A stretch of 64,000 nucleotides of DNA from Phoronis australis (lineage: Eukaryota; Animalia; Phoronida), in assembly GCA_002633005.1 (NCBI GenBank), contig NMRA01000615.1, forward strand, positions 62,001 to 126,000, read 5' to 3'. A program made the translations under genes and the position numbers. Below are positions 25,057 to 39,347 of this stretch, one piece after another; position 1 is the first letter of the stretch; the number at the start of each line of letters is the position of its first letter. The notes under the pieces were generated by a model. The model saw only the letters and a list, made by a program, of their open reading frames with translations, did not search any database and was not told where the DNA came from.

Positions 25057-26779
25057 TTGGTCGATTTATTGAAATTTGAAATTTTAACTTAAACGACATC
25101 GCCATCACTGTGACATGGTTAACACTGCAAAAGGGTTGAATGACTCCGCGTTAATTATATACAATCTTCTTGGATGTTGTTTTATACTTGTATATTTATT
25201 ATCATTGTCAAACAATTACAAAAACATACAAACAAGTACATCAACTCATTCGCGCATGGACACCTCCGGAGAGACCATTCTACATGGAGTTAACATGAAT
25301 AATAAAAAATAAGTCTATACATTTTTTCATTCTTCTTTCCCTTGCCTTAGTTTGCACCTCAGCTAAAAAATTTCGTATAATCCAAGCACCATAACATAAT
25401 TTGCATTTAGTGATGTTCGGCGGCAGGCGTGATCTTGAAATTGGAGCGCTTTAAGAAACTCAATTGTGCATTCTTCACTGACTTTGGACCATAATTTTTT
25501 CGTATTTCACAGAACATCAAATCATGTCATTAAAAATGGCGAGAATCTTTTGTGGGAGACCTAAAACACTTGAAATTGAGAAAAAGTTAACTTACAGGGG
25601 ACGAAAGGAAATCAGTAAATAGGGAAAGACTAATACGTAACAATAGGAAAGTCCAAATTTCATTGGTTTCCAAACGTAATATTTCAGAAATGGCTTATCG
25701 AATTCCAATGAAACAAATCAGGTAATGTACTTTAGCCACTTTAATTTCCAACAGGCTATTAGAAATTCTTATTGTTGTACTTTAATATTAAGAGTGGATC
25801 TTTCAAGTCTGTCGCGAAAAAAGTGAATACCAATAACAAACACGCCGTCACTCGTATTTTCGGGTGGACATTTTCGTCTGTGTCGAGCGCTGAATGTACC
25901 ATACTTTTTCTGAGATGAAATAAAAACACATGGTCACGTAACCTAATCAATGGCAAATCAATATATATTCAAACGACAAAATTCCAAGACTTTTTGTTTT
26001 CAGAAAACATATACTTTTGCACGGTTTGTGTGACTAAGTACTCACACTTGTCGATAAGGCCTGACTAAGATAACCTTAAAACGAATAACTGACACCAACG
26101 GAAGTATTCGCTTTTAAAAGGATTACAATAATTAGCTTAATTAGATATACATGTAGGTTTTCAGTAAACCATGTCAACGTAACGTTTTTTGCCAGAAGTG
26201 CCCCTGTAGACTCTGGGAGAGACGTTTCAATAATAAAGGGTTTTACAGTACTACGCTATATTTACAGTCCGTGTAGCTTTGCAAGCTTTGTGTTATGGTA
26301 TCGTAAGCTGAAACGGAAAAAATCAAAACCCGTTGACCAAGAGTGCTACACGAAAAAGGTGCATAAATGAAATATTTACACAAACAAAGACGGTAATTAA
26401 CCTTGCCAGTTTACCATGTCCGGATTGGACAGGTCATCGTAAAAGTCAAAGACACGGCTATAATTGACCTATCGCCAGGATTTTGAGCGACGGATTAACT
26501 GACCATTTAGAACGAATCATTATTGACACACCTTCGTTTCCAAGCCACCATTTTACCCGACAAACATCACGTTGCCGGGTAAAACTTATTGTTTGTTAGT
26601 CGACATTACGCAAAGGGGCGGAGCTTGCGACCGGTCAATTCGCAAACGGCACAATAACCAGTCGGAAGTGCAGACAATTGAAAATGAACAGTAATGAAAA
26701 TACAAATACACATACTCTCAATACCAATTCTCAACAACTAAGTGTACAGTGAACCCCAAGGCCAAGAAACAAACATAAA

Positions 26780-26985
26780 ACCATACACACGAGCATCGAA
26801 TCACGCACAAACACTATCGCGTGTAAAATTGTTGTTTGCCATGTGTGATTTTTGTGGTTCGTGCGCATTATTTTTGTTCGTATGCGTGATTTGTGCGTTT
26901 GTATGTATGATTCAAGGGTTCGTATGCGTGATTCATTGCTTCGTACGTGCTTCGTGCATAAGATGTGATGCTCGTGGGTATGATT
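26780..26985. mobile_element. Small inverted-repeat element with internal TTCGTATGCGTGATT repeats
   Basis: CATACACACGAGCATC pairs with GATGCTCGTGGGTATG; tandem subrepeats lie between them. Confidence 0.5.
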
Positions 26986-29900
26986 CTATGGTACACCTGG
27001 AAACGCCTCGCCCAAAGAACCACAACTACGAAAAAGATTTCAAAATTGGCGGGTAAACGTAGTATGAATGTAACCTACTACAACGGACTTAAGTATAAAC
27101 ATGGAAAACGCTGAAGTAAAGACTCTCAAGCACACGTTTCAAACGCATTGTAATGTCGCTATCGTTCAATCAATAACTGCAAAATTGGACGCGAATCTGT
27201 AACAATGATTTATATGTTTAAGAATTATACTAAACTTAATACTGGTGACAGGTTTCGCAAACATACCTGTTGGTTGCGTGTAAAAAGGATGCCATTGGCG
27301 GATGCGCTTCGTCATTACGCTCTGCATTTATTGCTTTTGCGGTGTGAGGGCCAGGGGTGAGTGCCGTAGACCCCGGATTTTAGTCACGCAATGGCGGCAA
27401 AAATTTTCACATATAAAGCGGAAATAGTTTATCCTACTCGGCAAGTGTACATTGGCTTCTGTTATAAAAGGTGGAAGAGACGACAGAATTACATTTGTCG
27501 TCGGTCGGCCACCCCAAGAGACACAGCCTCGTCCCCACGATGGCGATGACGGGTTTAGCCATTTGAGGCTTGGTTATGGGAAAAGGAATGTGTCAGAATT
27601 ACGGAAATCGCCGGAATATCACGAGTAATATAAAGTTATATCAATTTTCTGCAGTGTAATATAAAAATGTAAATTAGCGGTATATTGCAAAAACGATGTT
27701 CTTTGATTCGTAAACAGATTAATGTTTATGATACTTTTAATAAAAAGAATTGAAAATAAGTACATGTACGCCAGCAACCTTCATTCAAATAATAACCAAA
27801 ACAATGTCTGTTGCTTCATGAATGCCAGCAACAACGCCTGTGAAAATAATTAAAATCTGCCTTTGTTTTAATGACGTCAAGGCAGCGACCACTCATTGCG
27901 CAGAAAGTAATTCCCATAACCAAGCCTCAGAGGGCTAAACGGATCAGCGCCATCTTGAGGCTAGGGACTAGGTTGCAAGAGACATTGCGTACCTATTACG
28001 TCATCTCTTTGAGGAGTCGTTTGTTTGTGGATGGTGAATTTTTCCTGACAGCGTGGGAAGTTTCCCTGACGAGTGAAATTTTCTTGACGTAATAAATTTT
28101 GTGTCATTTCGTGATAATTTTTCGGTCCTGACGCTTTAAATTTTGGTTTTGGCTGTATTTTGGTACTGTAGAGAATTTAATTCTTGAATAGGAAATTTGT
28201 GTCCTGAATTTTTTCTGCTTTGGCCTTCCATAGTATGGGGATGAGAATATCAGAAGAAATATGGAGTTCGGATTTCGTTCTAGCTACCCCAAGATTAAGC
28301 AAGTGGTCGCGTCCGCAAGAAAGAATTCGAAAATTCGTTATGAATCAAATAACGACTGACTTTATTCACGTTTGAAAGCTTATAAACCTCAACATTGGTT
28401 GAGTGACCCCAAAATTCCAGCTGGTGTAATTCCAGCGCAACTGAGAAATGTTAGCCAATTAGAGAATGGACAGTTGAAAGCTTCTGTTGATTTTGGAGTG
28501 AACAAACTCGAGACGTATTTTGAAAGAAATGAAGGTTGATGCGATTTAGTCGATTGCCAAAACATGCGTGACTGTCCAGAGATTAAACCTCAAAGTTCAT
28601 GACGGGGTCGCATTTTTACTGCAAAGCACGATGTGCCATGCACAAACTTTTATTTATGTACACGGTGTGTGACGACAACGTCGTATGGAGACTGACGAAA
28701 GATGAGAAGTCACCTGAACGGAAGTAGTATTTTGTCGAAATTCCTATCACACTTTGTGGACGAAGCGCTAGTTGTGCCAGACGGAAATCGCACGCAAATC
28801 CCGAGTTCGAATTGCTGTGACGTTTTGCCGACTGAAAGTTAAATACTTGTATTAATTAACGTGAAAAGCGTATCTTCAAGTGCAGTTGTCTCAGTAGATA
28901 CAAATGTACACATGATGTGAAATTAATTACGTATTTAAAACCAGTCCGCCTAATGGCTTCTAACCACGTCCGGTCAAGCACGTTCTGAATTGAAAAGAAT
29001 GGTAATTGATAATCGGCATGGGTGTTATCTCACATTTTTATTATAAAATGAATACACAGGTAAATAATATCTCAAACAAAAACCATTTGGTAATTATAAT
29101 GGCTTTTTAATTGTTACGATGGTCTCCAGTGAGGTTGTTTTTCCACACTTCCAATATTATCCGCATCAAACGAAAGGGGTTTACTCGAGAGTTTCAAAGG
29201 AATAGGAAATGATTCATATAAGCACACAATTTCAACCAACGCAAACTACACAATCCACTTTATAAACCAAAACAACGTGCGTCAATAGGATACCCACCTG
29301 ACCTGCCGGGGATATAAGTGACATTTTTTTCTCATAGCATACTTTTTAAAAACATCCAATCAATGTCTCAGCCACTACCTTTCTATGAATTTGATACCCA
29401 ACGGAAAATTCTCTTCCACAGAGTAAGTTGCCAGGATACAGAATACAATAGTGACCACAGGCTTGATGACTTTCAGTAAACACTAACCCGCTTTTCTGAT
29501 TCAATTTCTCATTGAATTAGAACAATTTCGCTCATCTTCCTTTTGGTACAGTTCAACTGAAAAATATTCATACAAAAAGACTCGGAATTCCTCGTCAGAG
29601 TAGTAATTCCTCTCACATAAACGAGAATGGGGGAGAATTAACGAGAAAGTTAGTAAGGCTCGGTTCCTAAGCCATTCTGTCGTCCAAATCGTTATCGACC
29701 AGTATTTTCTGAAACAGAATTAGCCGACAGTGAGGCGAAAGCGGTATTTTGTCGGATTATTTTTGCCTCGTACTGTACACGAGCCTGTCTGATCACCGCA
29801 TATGTGGCGAAGTTGGAAATATGTTTCGTTTCTTCTCGCACATGTTCACTAGAAAGCACATAGACCTCTGATCCACCGCCTGAATATGGCGCAGTGTGAA

Positions 29901-31046
29901 ATCTGGCCGGACCCGTCGTCTTCCATCTTAAACACCTCTACAAGACGGCAGATCTGCCTATAGTCCTACCAGGAGATGACTAGGCTACATTCCAACAGCG
30001 TAACGTTTTAGTTATGTTTTTTCGTTCATGGTGATTGCTCGAGATAGTTGTACTAACACATCGCGCAGTGGACAGTAGTCACTTACTGTACAGGAGGGGC
30101 CCGGATTTTGAGAACAAGCTTGATGTTCATTCAATCTATTCAGTAGAGAACACTGACTGGTTCTCAAAATGTGGGTGTGCTGTAAGTGATTGTTACCAAT
30201 TAATATATGCCAGTTCACTCTCCAAAGAGGGTAGATTGGACGCCTTCATTGTGTACGTTTGTCTTAAGCGTCATTTCGACCGCCTGGTCTTCTGTCTTCT
30301 CATAAAAATTCCTCAACGCGAGAGAAGAGACAGGAGCTAAAAGACACGTGGTCACCAGAAGGCGAATAAAGCTCTGATCCATAAACATTCGCTGCATCAA
30401 GTGGCCACCCTCCCGAGCCGAGTCCGATCTGGCAAAGACCTGGGTAGTTTTCAGTAACGTGAGGACCTTTCAAGACAGCTCCTGAGTCCGACCCTGGTTC
30501 AAAACAAATTCACCTTGTCATGTATTCCTGATTTAAACTCCGATTTCACTAGCTATGCATGTGAGTGGGACAATTGTTTTACCACTCAATGATTTTAAAG
30601 CATAGTTCATAGGTAATTTGAAAGGGGTTCGCAAAACGTCACCTAACTTGGTTAGATTTTTTTAGCGCAAATGATGGGAAACAGTCTCTTTAAGTATATG
30701 AAAAACATAAAGTAAAGCCGACAAAATAATTGAGCCGAGATAAACAGTACGATCATTAGTGAATGACAACTGAAAATTAATTTGACTGCACCGTTATCTC
30801 AGAAACAGGGTTTGTAGCCTAATTTAAATTTTCGTCAAAACAAAACACAATGCTATGTCTACTTTACATTTGGGTGGCTTACATTACGATCTGTTTACGT
30901 AGTAAACAACACACGGGCGGTAGCATGACACAGGATATGTGCATAGGCGGATCAAAGACATTAAAAGAGGTGCCTCCGCTGACCACGAAGTACAAATGAA
31001 AGACGATCGCGGGATAGGACAATAGGACAAAAAATAGTATGCCGCC

Positions 31047-31291
31047 CATGCGCGCACCCAGCCTTCAATGTGGGAGGGCTCGAATTTCTGTCGATGTGAA
31101 TCTTTTGCCGACAAAATGTTGGTAGGACTAAAAAAAACTTCAAAACTGGAAACTGTGCGTCTGCGTCTTTTCAGTGGAATTTTGCCTCGTTTTTCTCGGC
31201 GTTTTTGTTTCTCTGAGGCGGACCTTTTTGCCCACTTCGCCAAATTGAGGGGATCGTTCGAGCCCCCCGAGACCCCTTGGGTGCGCGCATG
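31047..31291. mobile_element. 245-bp MITE, perfect 14-bp TIR, 5-bp TSD CCGCC (hAT5-like)
   Basis: CATGCGCGCACCCA ... TGGGTGCGCGCATG; CCGCC at 31042-31046 and 31292-31296. Confidence 0.88.
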
Positions 31292-33776
31292 CCGCCACCG
31301 TTTGTTGGATGACCGGAGTTGGTGGACGGCTACATTTTGCCCCATAAATGTGTCGTTTACTTCAGTCTAGGTTCCACGATGTCGTATTTTTCATCCAGGG
31401 GTATTAAACTATTAAACTACAGCACTTTCGTTTATAGTCTGGTGTACAGTTCACAGAAATTCGGTAATAACTTTAAAAATCGGATTAAAGGAAATAATGC
31501 TTGGTGAAAAGAGTTAGAAAAACGTGTAACTTTCAACCAGTTATAACCTTTGATATGATGTGCCAAAGGGTTCTTAAACAAGTACCTACATGTATCTGCC
31601 CGTGAACATGTGCTTATTCTACATTTAGAATAAGTTATTCTATAGGTACGTAGAATAATTGTCTTGCGTTACGCGTATCGATACGCGTACTTAATTTCCG
31701 TACGCGGTACTGAATTCTGAACCGGCAATCAAGCAGCTGTATTTCTCAATGTGAACAATAACAGTTGAATTGGTTGGTGTGAACGGAGCATAAGTCTAAG
31801 TAGACAGGCGTTTCCGTAAGCGGAGAGAAGGACGCTGTGACCTTCAAGAACGCGTTACCTGATTTACAAAAAAAATGAACCAGAGTCTGCCACGATGTTT
31901 TTAAGAGACTCGGGGTTCAACCACTGTCGTCAGATATTGCGCAAGACAAAATAGACCTACTTATCGGGCGAGAGGTAAATTACGTTGCTTTCAGACATTC
32001 GAATATTCAAAATCAAGACTCCAGATCTTGTGGCTATTCTTTCTGAAGACAATAAAATAGCATCAGTTCTTGGCTACATAATGATTTTCAGCGCAGATAC
32101 ACAAACGTTTAATATGAACGCTTCGATTATAATTTAGTAGCAGCACTGGGAAAACAAAAATCCTACATCATGTTTCATAAATAGTCAAAACAACAATACA
32201 ATGACTGAATACGACCACATTTCAGAAAATCCGAGATCCCTTTGCGGCTGATGTATTTAAGAATGGCGAATACATTTCATTAACAAGTTTTGTGCCAAAC
32301 AATTAACATCCTTGGAAGTTACTTTACCTCCCGTGAAAAATACAGATGACGTAACAACGGCATGGGATGACAAATTTCAGGGCGCCATTTCCAAATTATG
32401 TGATCACTTTAAAACACACATATTCTAATTGTCTGAATTACCGTAATTAAACGTTCCGTAGTTCATGAGTCTTAAAGCCACAAACCTTGTTCTTGAAGGT
32501 TTTTGATGTCAAAAACTGAATGGCTTTCGAATGGATTTGCTTAGTAATCATAACTCTTCGCCTAACAAAGGAGCCCATCATCGGTGTATCTAATGGTAAA
32601 ATAAGTGTGGGAATCCCTAATTCAAAGGTGGACAAAAATTCCAAGTTTTAAAGTGTATTTAGGCAACTTAGGATTGGGACTGTAAGTGTTCGTCTGATTT
32701 ATTATACGACGTCACGGGCGTGAGTCACTGGCAGATGCTTGCAAGAATAGGAATCCATGCGTTTTGCATCTGGAGCCTCAGGAAAGCAGAGCTATACAAG
32801 AACAAAACACTTTCTGTACCATAGGCTAATTTATTGTTAGAGCTGAATAGGCATGGTGGACTTATGTACATCTATATAATCATGGAAAGCAGTAACCAAC
32901 TACTAACGCCTAATTTACAGAATGTTATAAATCTAAGATATTGAGAAAACAACCTTCACTGTTTTTTTGAGCCAAAAAAATTAACAAAGTTGGGTCTTTT
33001 GCTAATAAAAATCTGCGAACTATTAATGGAAAGCGCAAAACTTGGAATGGCATTAGAAAATTTTTGACTTACTGAGTACAGAAAATGTTCCCACGTCGTA
33101 AGTTAAGGCCGTCTCCGCATACATGTACAATAGATAGGTTCGATACGCAGATCATACGTGTCCAGGTTATCAGAAAACTTTGGGGATAATGGGTTGTAAC
33201 CAGAAAACCTCGTCAAGAGCAAAACAAGCCAGATCCCTAGTTATTTTGTCGAGACGTTTTCCGTGTTAAGATTGTTCCCTTGGCGAGTGTGCACTAGGCA
33301 TGATTCGAACAATAGAAAGAGAAATAAGCGACCCGACAAAGGGTCCGCATCTTTATTCCCACGCATTTACTTCTATTGGACAGGCAAGAAACGATATAGA
33401 CCGACTGTGTTCATATGCGTTTCCTCAGTGCAAGACAACTACGAAGACCCAAGATGCTGGCTCTTTGCTATGTCGTTTACGCTACTTTTTTATTTTCCAC
33501 GAATAGGTATATACACGCCGGCGTAACAGTAATTACACGGAAAGACTTCCGCCAACATCATCAGGGATGTACATTTTTACCGCGCCGTTGCGTAACATTA
33601 AAGCGATTGATTTCCCTTTAAATCCCACAAAGGGCTAAAGCCGAAATCGTAACCTAGTTTGGCGGAATTAGGAGTGTCCATGTTTATGTGGTCGTGACGT
33701 GTAATTATTCCAAACAACGAGAAGGCCTTCCATCCCAAAATGGGAATCAAAGCAATGGTGCTACACATGACCTTAC

Positions 33777-33851
33777 TGCGCACGCGCATCCTGACACCCA
33801 AACTTTGGAGACGACTCCCGGTCACTTCGTTTGTTGTAAAAAATGACGTCA
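33777..33851. promoter_or_regulatory. Candidate proximal promoter of the LRP-like gene: NRF1-type TGCGCACGCGCA (33777-33788) and CRE TGACGTCA (33844-33851)
   Basis: Exact matches to YGCGCAYGCGCR and the palindromic CRE, shortly upstream of the putative signal-peptide ATG. Confidence 0.45.
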
Positions 33852-34010
33852 CGCTACGTTACTGAAAGACCAGCCGTTCAGGTACCAGCATTTGGTATAC
33901 GGCCTGTGAATGGACAGCATTGTCTCATTCACAAAAGATGCTGTGTAATCCAAGCTGATGGTCCCGCGAAAAATCAGACAGACTGGGTGCATTCCAAATA
34001 ACCAGACGCG

Positions 34011-34071
34011 ATGAAGCTCAGCTCTAGTGTCTTTGTCCTGATGGTTCTCGGATTTTGCATCATGGAAGTTG
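34011..34071 (+). CDS. LRP1/vitellogenin-receptor-like gene, putative exon 1 (signal peptide MKLSSSVFVLMVLGFCIMEV-G)
   Basis: ATG at 34011, Lys then a hydrophobic core, donor G|GTAAGA in phase 1. Splices in frame to the phase-1 acceptor at 48049 (G+GT=Gly). NRF1- and CRE-like motifs lie 160-235 bp upstream. Confidence 0.7.
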
Positions 34072-34830
34072 GTAAGACAAAGTTAAAATCAATATTTTAG
34101 GAATGTTTTTCAAGCGTGGACAAAGGTCACAAGAAAGGCAGAACGATACAAGACTTTAATCTAAGCCAATGCATGGGCGTCACATTACTGAAATGCCAGT
34201 CCCAAGTCGAGTTCCAGCTAGGTTATCGGTACAGCGGGTAAACTATCTACAGCAGATTTATTTAGCGGCATTAAAGCCGTATGGGCCCTTTCGAAGCGTC
34301 CCAGGCTTGAAACACTTTTGTGACCTTGACCAATCGGCCTGATTCATTTCAATATTTCATTTAAAGAACTAATTTGAATTTCTTTTTTCGACAAAATTCC
34401 AGCCGACCTTTTTGCTATAATACCGAAAGTGATGCTTACGCATCGCGGATCATAGCTGTGTGGGGCACGGCAGGGTACGATTCAGTCAATCCATGAAAAG
34501 TCGCCTGTGTAAGGGGAACGCAGCCGTTTTGGATGTTGTGTTTAGCAAGAATTAATATCCATGATTATCTTGGGGATATATTTTCCATGTAGTTGGCTGC
34601 TCTTGTCCTGGCCAAAGTATAAATTTATCTGTGAGACAACAGAACCTGACGTAACGGCCCCGCAAAACACTCACATTTTGGTCCTGCATTCACTGCCATT
34701 GAGAGCACACAATGTTCTACGCGTCTAAGTACCACGGGCTGTTGAGCTGACAGTCTGGGTCGGTCATTCGCGTTTGCTCAATGAGTATGAATAAAGAAAC
34801 AAAATTTTGGCCTTTTGCTGGGCCGTTTAA

Positions 34831-35818
34831 AGGCTAATGCCACCCGATTTAATTAGTCTTTTTTGAAGTCTTAATCGGTCTATATCCACACCGCCTCGCA
34901 TACGGTCGACCTTACCTTGCCAAGAGGTGTCGCGTTAGCCTGTGAGGAAGGTGAGAAACGACGCTAGCGACGTCAGTGGTTCATATGCAGAGTGAATGCC
35001 GCTATGTTGCGGTGCATCGTTCCCCTGCTTGTGCGAACTACATGTAAGCAGCTGCGAGGAAAGCGGGTATGTTAATTTTTTTACTTCCTCGAAAGTCCGA
35101 AATGCTTAGGAAGGGGCTCATGGTAGTGAAGAATGAAATGTACGCTGTAAATAGCAAGTATGAGGCCGTGAAACATCTCCGTGTCTGTGGCCTGCAGACG
35201 TCGACAGTGTCTGACGAATGCCGGCTTATTAAATAACTCCATACGTTCCGTTGTCTGAGCTTGTTCACGGCGCCTCTCTAGTATTTCTTCATCACTGTAT
35301 TTTTGTTCGAATTGATAGCCTGTAAAACTTAACAATCCACCTGCGAAGTCGGGACTGATGAGCTCTAGCTCGTCCTAGTAAGTCGGGATTGCGAGTTGCC
35401 ATGTTCATTCGACGTTTATTACTGAATGAATTATTCTCACCCTAACCAATACTTATATAAAAGTGAAACAAAGTCTGTCTAATGTCTTTGGAGTGTTCTT
35501 GAGTGCAAATGATTTGAGAAGCCAGCAATGAATAAATCACTGCGTTACCGGCTTTAGGTGCAATAAAACTAATTGACGGGACACCGAGACCGTGTGAGCT
35601 CATGCTAATTTNACTTCAAGCGATAAGCTGACACCAGTAACCCGTGTTGTGAACTGCTGAACAAACTGCGTGTGAAACCGATGACGTCATTGGATAATTT
35701 CAACACCTCCGTCTGCCGTCAGGTGTCAGGTAACGCAACCGTACGTGTCGTTATGGAGTAGAACTACTGGATCTAAATTGATACAAATTAGGTTGTTTTT
35801 TTTGGGTGGTATGCTCCT
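34831..35818 (-). mobile_element. Kolobok-like non-autonomous element (TTAA TSD) with a decayed accessory-ORF start (GYQFEQKYSDEE)
   Basis: TTAA|AGGCTAATGCCACCC ... GGGTGGTATGCTCCT|TTAA (11/15 TIR match). The YQFE-x-x-Y-x-x-EE motif in ORF 35081..35335 resembles, from memory, Kolobok accessory protein N-termini. Confidence 0.5.
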
Positions 35819-38800
35819 TTAAGTCACTTTCCTGTGTTCCGTGGATGGTAACTTCACGCTAAGGGAGCATTGATTAAGAGAGAAATGTCTCTCCAGTATG
35901 TCCAAGGAACCGTTATTTGTATTAGGTGCATTAAAAGTAGTATTGAAATTCAGAATAACGTATCTTATGCTCATGCCCCAGACTATACCTCAGTGTGACA
36001 TCTATATTATTGCCAAAGTTTATACGCCATTGTTTAAGTCTCCCTTCGCCCAAGGAAGACAGTGTCTCAGAAATAAAAAAAACTGTGGTCTGTTCTAAAA
36101 ATGGAGCTTATTTTATCAAAACTCTTTTACATTACATGAGTAAAAAAACTGGCCTGGAAGGTTATTATGCGGAATTTTAATTCAATGGACATGGACAAGG
36201 CCTTCAATGACGGGAACTATTTCTTTAAAAGGCTGGCCCAAGCTACAGGGAACTGTCTTTTTCGAAAGTGTGTTTGCTTCAACATTCGAGCTTGGCTCAG
36301 TACTAAATGACGTCGAAAGAGGGCAGGGCTTTATTCTTTTCACATAATGGTTCGATTAGGAGCAAAACCAATATTTTAGCCTAAATGGAATGAAAAAGGT
36401 GTACCAGTTGACGAATTCAAAAGGGACATTTCCTGTAATGCAATAGTTTTTTTAAGAAAAATCAAATTTTAAACCTTTATTTATATTCTATGTGGATTGA
36501 AAAAATGAGCGACATGAACTTCTAAAAGCACGACATTTTCAAATGCAAAGGTGTATTAACCAGTTTTCGCATTGTTTCGACAAATTTTGTAAAACAATCT
36601 GAAAGATATGATATTTTTCTTAGAACTTTGTTTCAAAAATCAAAAGGACTGGTAAAATAGGAAAATATGTTTGGTACCGCAAGATCGGTGACACAATGCC
36701 GATTGTGTTTCCAAACCTCTTGTTTATTGCGTTTCGAGCGTTCAACTCTGATGGTTTCAAATGACAATTATACACAGCAACTACTAAGTTCTTAATGCGA
36801 AATGGCATCTCTCCAACGGATCGATGTACTTTTTACTATAATGAACCTGAGAGAGGGAAAGGTGTTGCCGTCTGGGGAGATGAATTCCTAACAAAAGAAG
36901 GTTGTAAATGCGCGTTTTGCAGAGCGGTCCTGCAATTGAGGGACGACCGTAAATTTTGTTTGCGGGTTTCCTGTGTGCCAGATGTATAGGTGCGTGTGCG
37001 TGTGCGTGTGCGTGAAGTTAAGTTCACACGACCTCTCAAGGTGGTGTAGTTTTACGGAGTACATTAGATTGTGTTTCTGTTTAGATAGAAAGAATATAAT
37101 ATGCCAAGTCGGTTTTTTTGGCGTCCGTCTTTGTGAAATTTTGCATGTATTTTGTTACAAATGTGACATCGGCTGTTCACAATTTTTCGAAGATTTTGTG
37201 TTTATTCGTTTGAAAGGTTACCAACGACGTCTGTCTGCTTCAAACCCTACTCCCTACTATGAATTTAACAATAGGGAAAGTAAATTTTCCAGACATTTTT
37301 GTGGTCATTTTGTTAATAAAATATATAGAATAAACGAAAATGAGATGTTTTATCTGCAATGACCAAAACCTAAATTCCCTTATTTTACACAGGAACTTTT
37401 GAATGTTCATCTTTGTATTTATAGTAAAACAAGACAATTTCCTTGAGTCTGAGATCGGTGGTCGCTCCCAAACAGGATATCACGCCATGTTGAATACAAT
37501 TAACACGTGCACGGACTGTTCATAAAACTGAGCAGATAAATAATAAAAAGTATGGAAAATGAAAATGTCGACAAGTGTCATTAATATTTCGACGGCGATA
37601 GCAGTAAACTGAAACAACTACAAATTTTTAGTATCAAATTTCCTAGATAACTAGAGTTCAGATTCTTAAGCACAGAATGAAGTTCATTGCCAAATTTACT
37701 GGCCAGAAATAAATTTTCCAAAATACAGTTTATGAACATACCAATACTAATTCTGTAAACAAAATTAAGAGAGGCGTCTAATCAGTAAGAGAAGGAAGAC
37801 AACCACCAACTTAGCATTTTCTTATTTTTACGCTCTCTTTGTTCTAAACTGAAAACATATCTGAAATCAAAATTTAGGCCAAACATGTCAGACGGTGGGT
37901 AGCTCAGGAACGCTGGTGCTCTTTGATCTGAATAGAACTAGTCGACACTCACAAAATACGATTTCCAATGTGGAACACCTGTTTGATGTGTTCGGTTCCG
38001 GAGTGTCAGGGACTGCGGAAATTTTTCGAACATTTTTACGCTGTCCTTGTTTCTTATGCCCAAGAGTAGAAATCTACGTCAGAATAAGTCATGCTAATGA
38101 GCGCTGCGTGGGTCTTTCGTGGTAATTGAAAAATAATGAACCTACAAATAGGCAGAATTCCCAATAATTCTGTTTAGTTATCAATAATGATGTTCGTTTG
38201 CAATTATCTGACCATCAGATATTCAAATAGCATTCGTAAAAATAGAAATGGTTATGTATAAAAATCAACGTTGTGTTGAGAGAAATATTTGGAAATGTCA
38301 TTGGTTGAGTTTGTTTCTTCCGATTTGTTGAAGAAATTAAAAAAAATGGAGCTCCAGTTATATTCGATTTTTGCATTTATGTAAATTAACTCTTTGAATT
38401 CTACACCTCTGTATCTGCCATGGAGTTCAAAAGTTTCCCCAAATAATCATTTTTTGAATATATAGCATGTTTATAGCTATTCTCGTAAAATCCGTAGCAT
38501 ACGGACATCATGTATTGTTGTTTATTTTATTATGTATCTCGTCGGACTTTCATGAAATTTGGCCAATAGGCTTTTGTTAAGTTATGACTAGTTTCCCCCC
38601 TTTTTCGGCCGGGTTCCACATATTCTGCTCCACCTGCCGGCCATTTTGATTGTGAGAAACAACCCTGGATGCATACTGTTTGAGGTGCTGTGATGTCGTG
38701 GGCGCATGTCAACGATTTGTGGTTAGTTGATCTCGTTTCATTTCAAGTGCCTTTTCTCTTCTCATACAGAACAGAAAGTGCGCGAGATGTGCGAATTTTG

Positions 38801-39347
38801 AGGTTGTATTCAAGTCTGACTTGTTTTTACAAACATAATTAACATCATAAAATCAAATACTGGTATTGGTAACAGACTTTAGTCAAACCATTTAACATCT
38901 TCCAAATAAACTGTTTGTTGAGTTACAAATAAAGGCTCTTCGTTTACCTAAACAAATTTTAACATGTACTGTAGTCGTTTTAAGAGGTTCACTATTAACA
39001 GGGGGTCCGTTCAAGATCACATGGCCAAAAATATCTAGGCAAGAAATAGTGGACAATACTATTATTCGCCATGTTGAAAATGACATATTTCGGCTAAAGA
39101 TTTTGAATCGCTATTGATCAGTCAAGGAAAACCCGTGTTTAATGAACAGCTCACAGGTGTGTATTTCAGGCAGGCTGTTTCGATAGGGTTGCGGGCTTCC
39201 TACCGTGTGTGGCATTCACACTCTCTGCTTGTATGCTCCTGTTCCAGCTGCCACGTGTATTTCACTTAGTTTATTTGCTGTGTATAAGTTCATTGTACTC
39301 ATTGCCTTATGATGTGACATGCAGTCACGAAATATAGCTACTGTTTT

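Noticed and set aside
30012-30530. Cluster of overlapping 60-100 aa ORFs with a minus-strand GTAAGT
   Set aside because: No recognisable domain, stops in all frames and no partner exons; might be a decayed coding relic but cannot be supported.
35350-35390. Hammerhead ribozyme (CTGATGA followed by GAGCT-CT-AGCTC stem)
   Set aside because: Lacks the required GAAA after stem II. The candidate near 1895 has GAAA but no stem II.
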